NCBI GenBank assembly: GCA_964551475.1
Contig: CAZKCI010000034.1
Coordinates: 9,326 to 41,325, forward strand
Direction of reading: 5' to 3'
DNA length: 32,000 bases
Origin: an uncultured bacterium
GTDB lineage: Bacteria; Auribacterota; Erginobacteria; Erginobacterales; CAZKCI01
The translations under genes were made by a program, and so were the position numbers. The notes under the pieces are model-generated. The model did not search any database. It was not told where the DNA came from and saw only the letters and a program-made list of their open reading frames with translations. This document shows positions 31,511-32,000 of this stretch, piece after piece (the stretch's first letter is position 1; every line of letters begins with the position of its first letter).

Positions 31511-32000
31511 TCAGCCCTTCCCGGGGAGTTCGATGGTGAATTTCGCGCCCTTCCCGGGTTCGCTCTGCACGGAGATGGATCCGTGGTGGGTCTCGACGGC
31601 GCGGTGGACCTGGGAGAGTCCGATGCCGGACCCGTCGCTCTTGGTGGTAAAGAATATATCGAAGATGTTTTTCTGGATGGCCGGGTCGATCCCGCAGCCG
31701 TTATCCTCGAACTCGAGGATGATCCGCTCCCCTTTCCGGGAGGTGGTCACCTGGATGCGTCCTCCCGGCTTCACCGCATCGAGGGAGTTGCGGAAAAGGT
31801 TGAGGACGGCATGGTGAAACTCGTCCCGGTCGAGGTCAAGCGCGGGGAGGTCCGCCGCCAGCGAACAGGAGAGTCGGACTTTTCTCTGCAGCAGTTCAGC
31901 CAGGAGGCTTTTGCTGACACCCGCGATGACGGCGTTGAGATCGGACTTTTCCAGATGGCTGGCAACGGGCCGGCCGAAGGTGATGAGACGATCCACCAGG
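31511..32000 (-). CDS. sensor histidine kinase, C-terminal HATPase_c part (5' end outside the window)
   Basis: NLFRNSLDAV (N box), EDNGCGI (G1) and GSGIGLSQV (G2). Its stop is 1 nt from the regulator start, so the two form one operon. Confidence 0.85.
   Translation of the reverse strand, partial: LVDRLITFGRPVASHLEKSDLNAVIAGVSKSLLAELLQRKVRLSCSLAADLPALDLDRDEFHHAVLNLFRNSLDAVKPGGRIQVTTSRKGERIILEFEDNGCGIDPAIQKNIFDIFFTTKSDGSGIGLSQVHRAVETHHGSISVQSEPGKGAKFTIELPGKG

Noticed and set aside
687-31539. Many very long ORFs antisense to, or out of frame with, the called genes. Examples: 687..1808 -, 1917..3080 -, 6487..7833 -, 10986..13658 +, 15570..17594 +, 17604..20225 +, 21755..23137 +, 26798..28072 +, 27763..28881 +, 28878..29966 + and 30202..31539 +.
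   Set aside because: Their products are Arg/Gly/Pro/Asp-rich low-complexity strings with no motifs. Each lies opposite a gene with strong family signatures. Long stop-free shadow frames are expected at this GC content.
1-32000. Search for tRNA, rRNA, tmRNA, RNase P, SRP RNA, CRISPR arrays, IS elements and known defence-system genes.
   Set aside because: Nothing resembling their conserved cores was seen: no T-loop GTTCGAATC-type arms, RNase P GGAAAGTCCGG, or SRP GGAAGCAGCC, and no transposase, integrase or cas genes on either strand. A covariance-model scan would still be needed to be definitive.

Overview
High-GC, densely coded bacterial segment, probably from an uncultured lineage. No rRNA, tRNA, CRISPR array, transposase or integrase was seen. 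All family assignments are motif recognition by eye; no database search was run.

Layout:
- 1..1920: a partial membrane-protein gene (minus strand), then an excisionase-type HTH gene translationally coupled to a KamA-family radical-SAM aminomutase.
- 1935..9288 (+): a seven-gene glycosylation cluster: GT4, a DPM1/GtrB-like GT2 with a DUF2304-like membrane protein, two GT2, a GT-C membrane glycosyltransferase, and GT4. Two related long palindromic elements centred on GGCCGGCC interrupt it.
- 9438..31509 (all minus strand): four paralogous secreted proteins, two GT-C/TPR fusion glycosyltransferases, a hybrid sensor kinase, and an apparent sigma54-driven operon next to an NtrC-type regulator and its kinase.

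Main points of interest:
- The four paralogues carry 20 copies of a 40-aa FG-GAP/VCBS-like repeat. Three of them end in the same six-repeat module terminating in PVTR.
- These proteins carry Pro/Thr/Ser linkers that could be O-glycosylation substrates for the neighbouring GT-C enzymes.
- A consensus sigma54 promoter sits in front of a secreted tandem-HKD PLD gene. That gene is followed by a lipoprotein, a GT-C/TPR enzyme and a BAAT/acyl-CoA thioesterase-family hydrolase.
- There are several families of structured non-coding elements placed directly after stop codons.
- There is a 490-bp ORF-poor structured leader.

Most long ORFs antisense to these genes are high-GC shadow ORFs.
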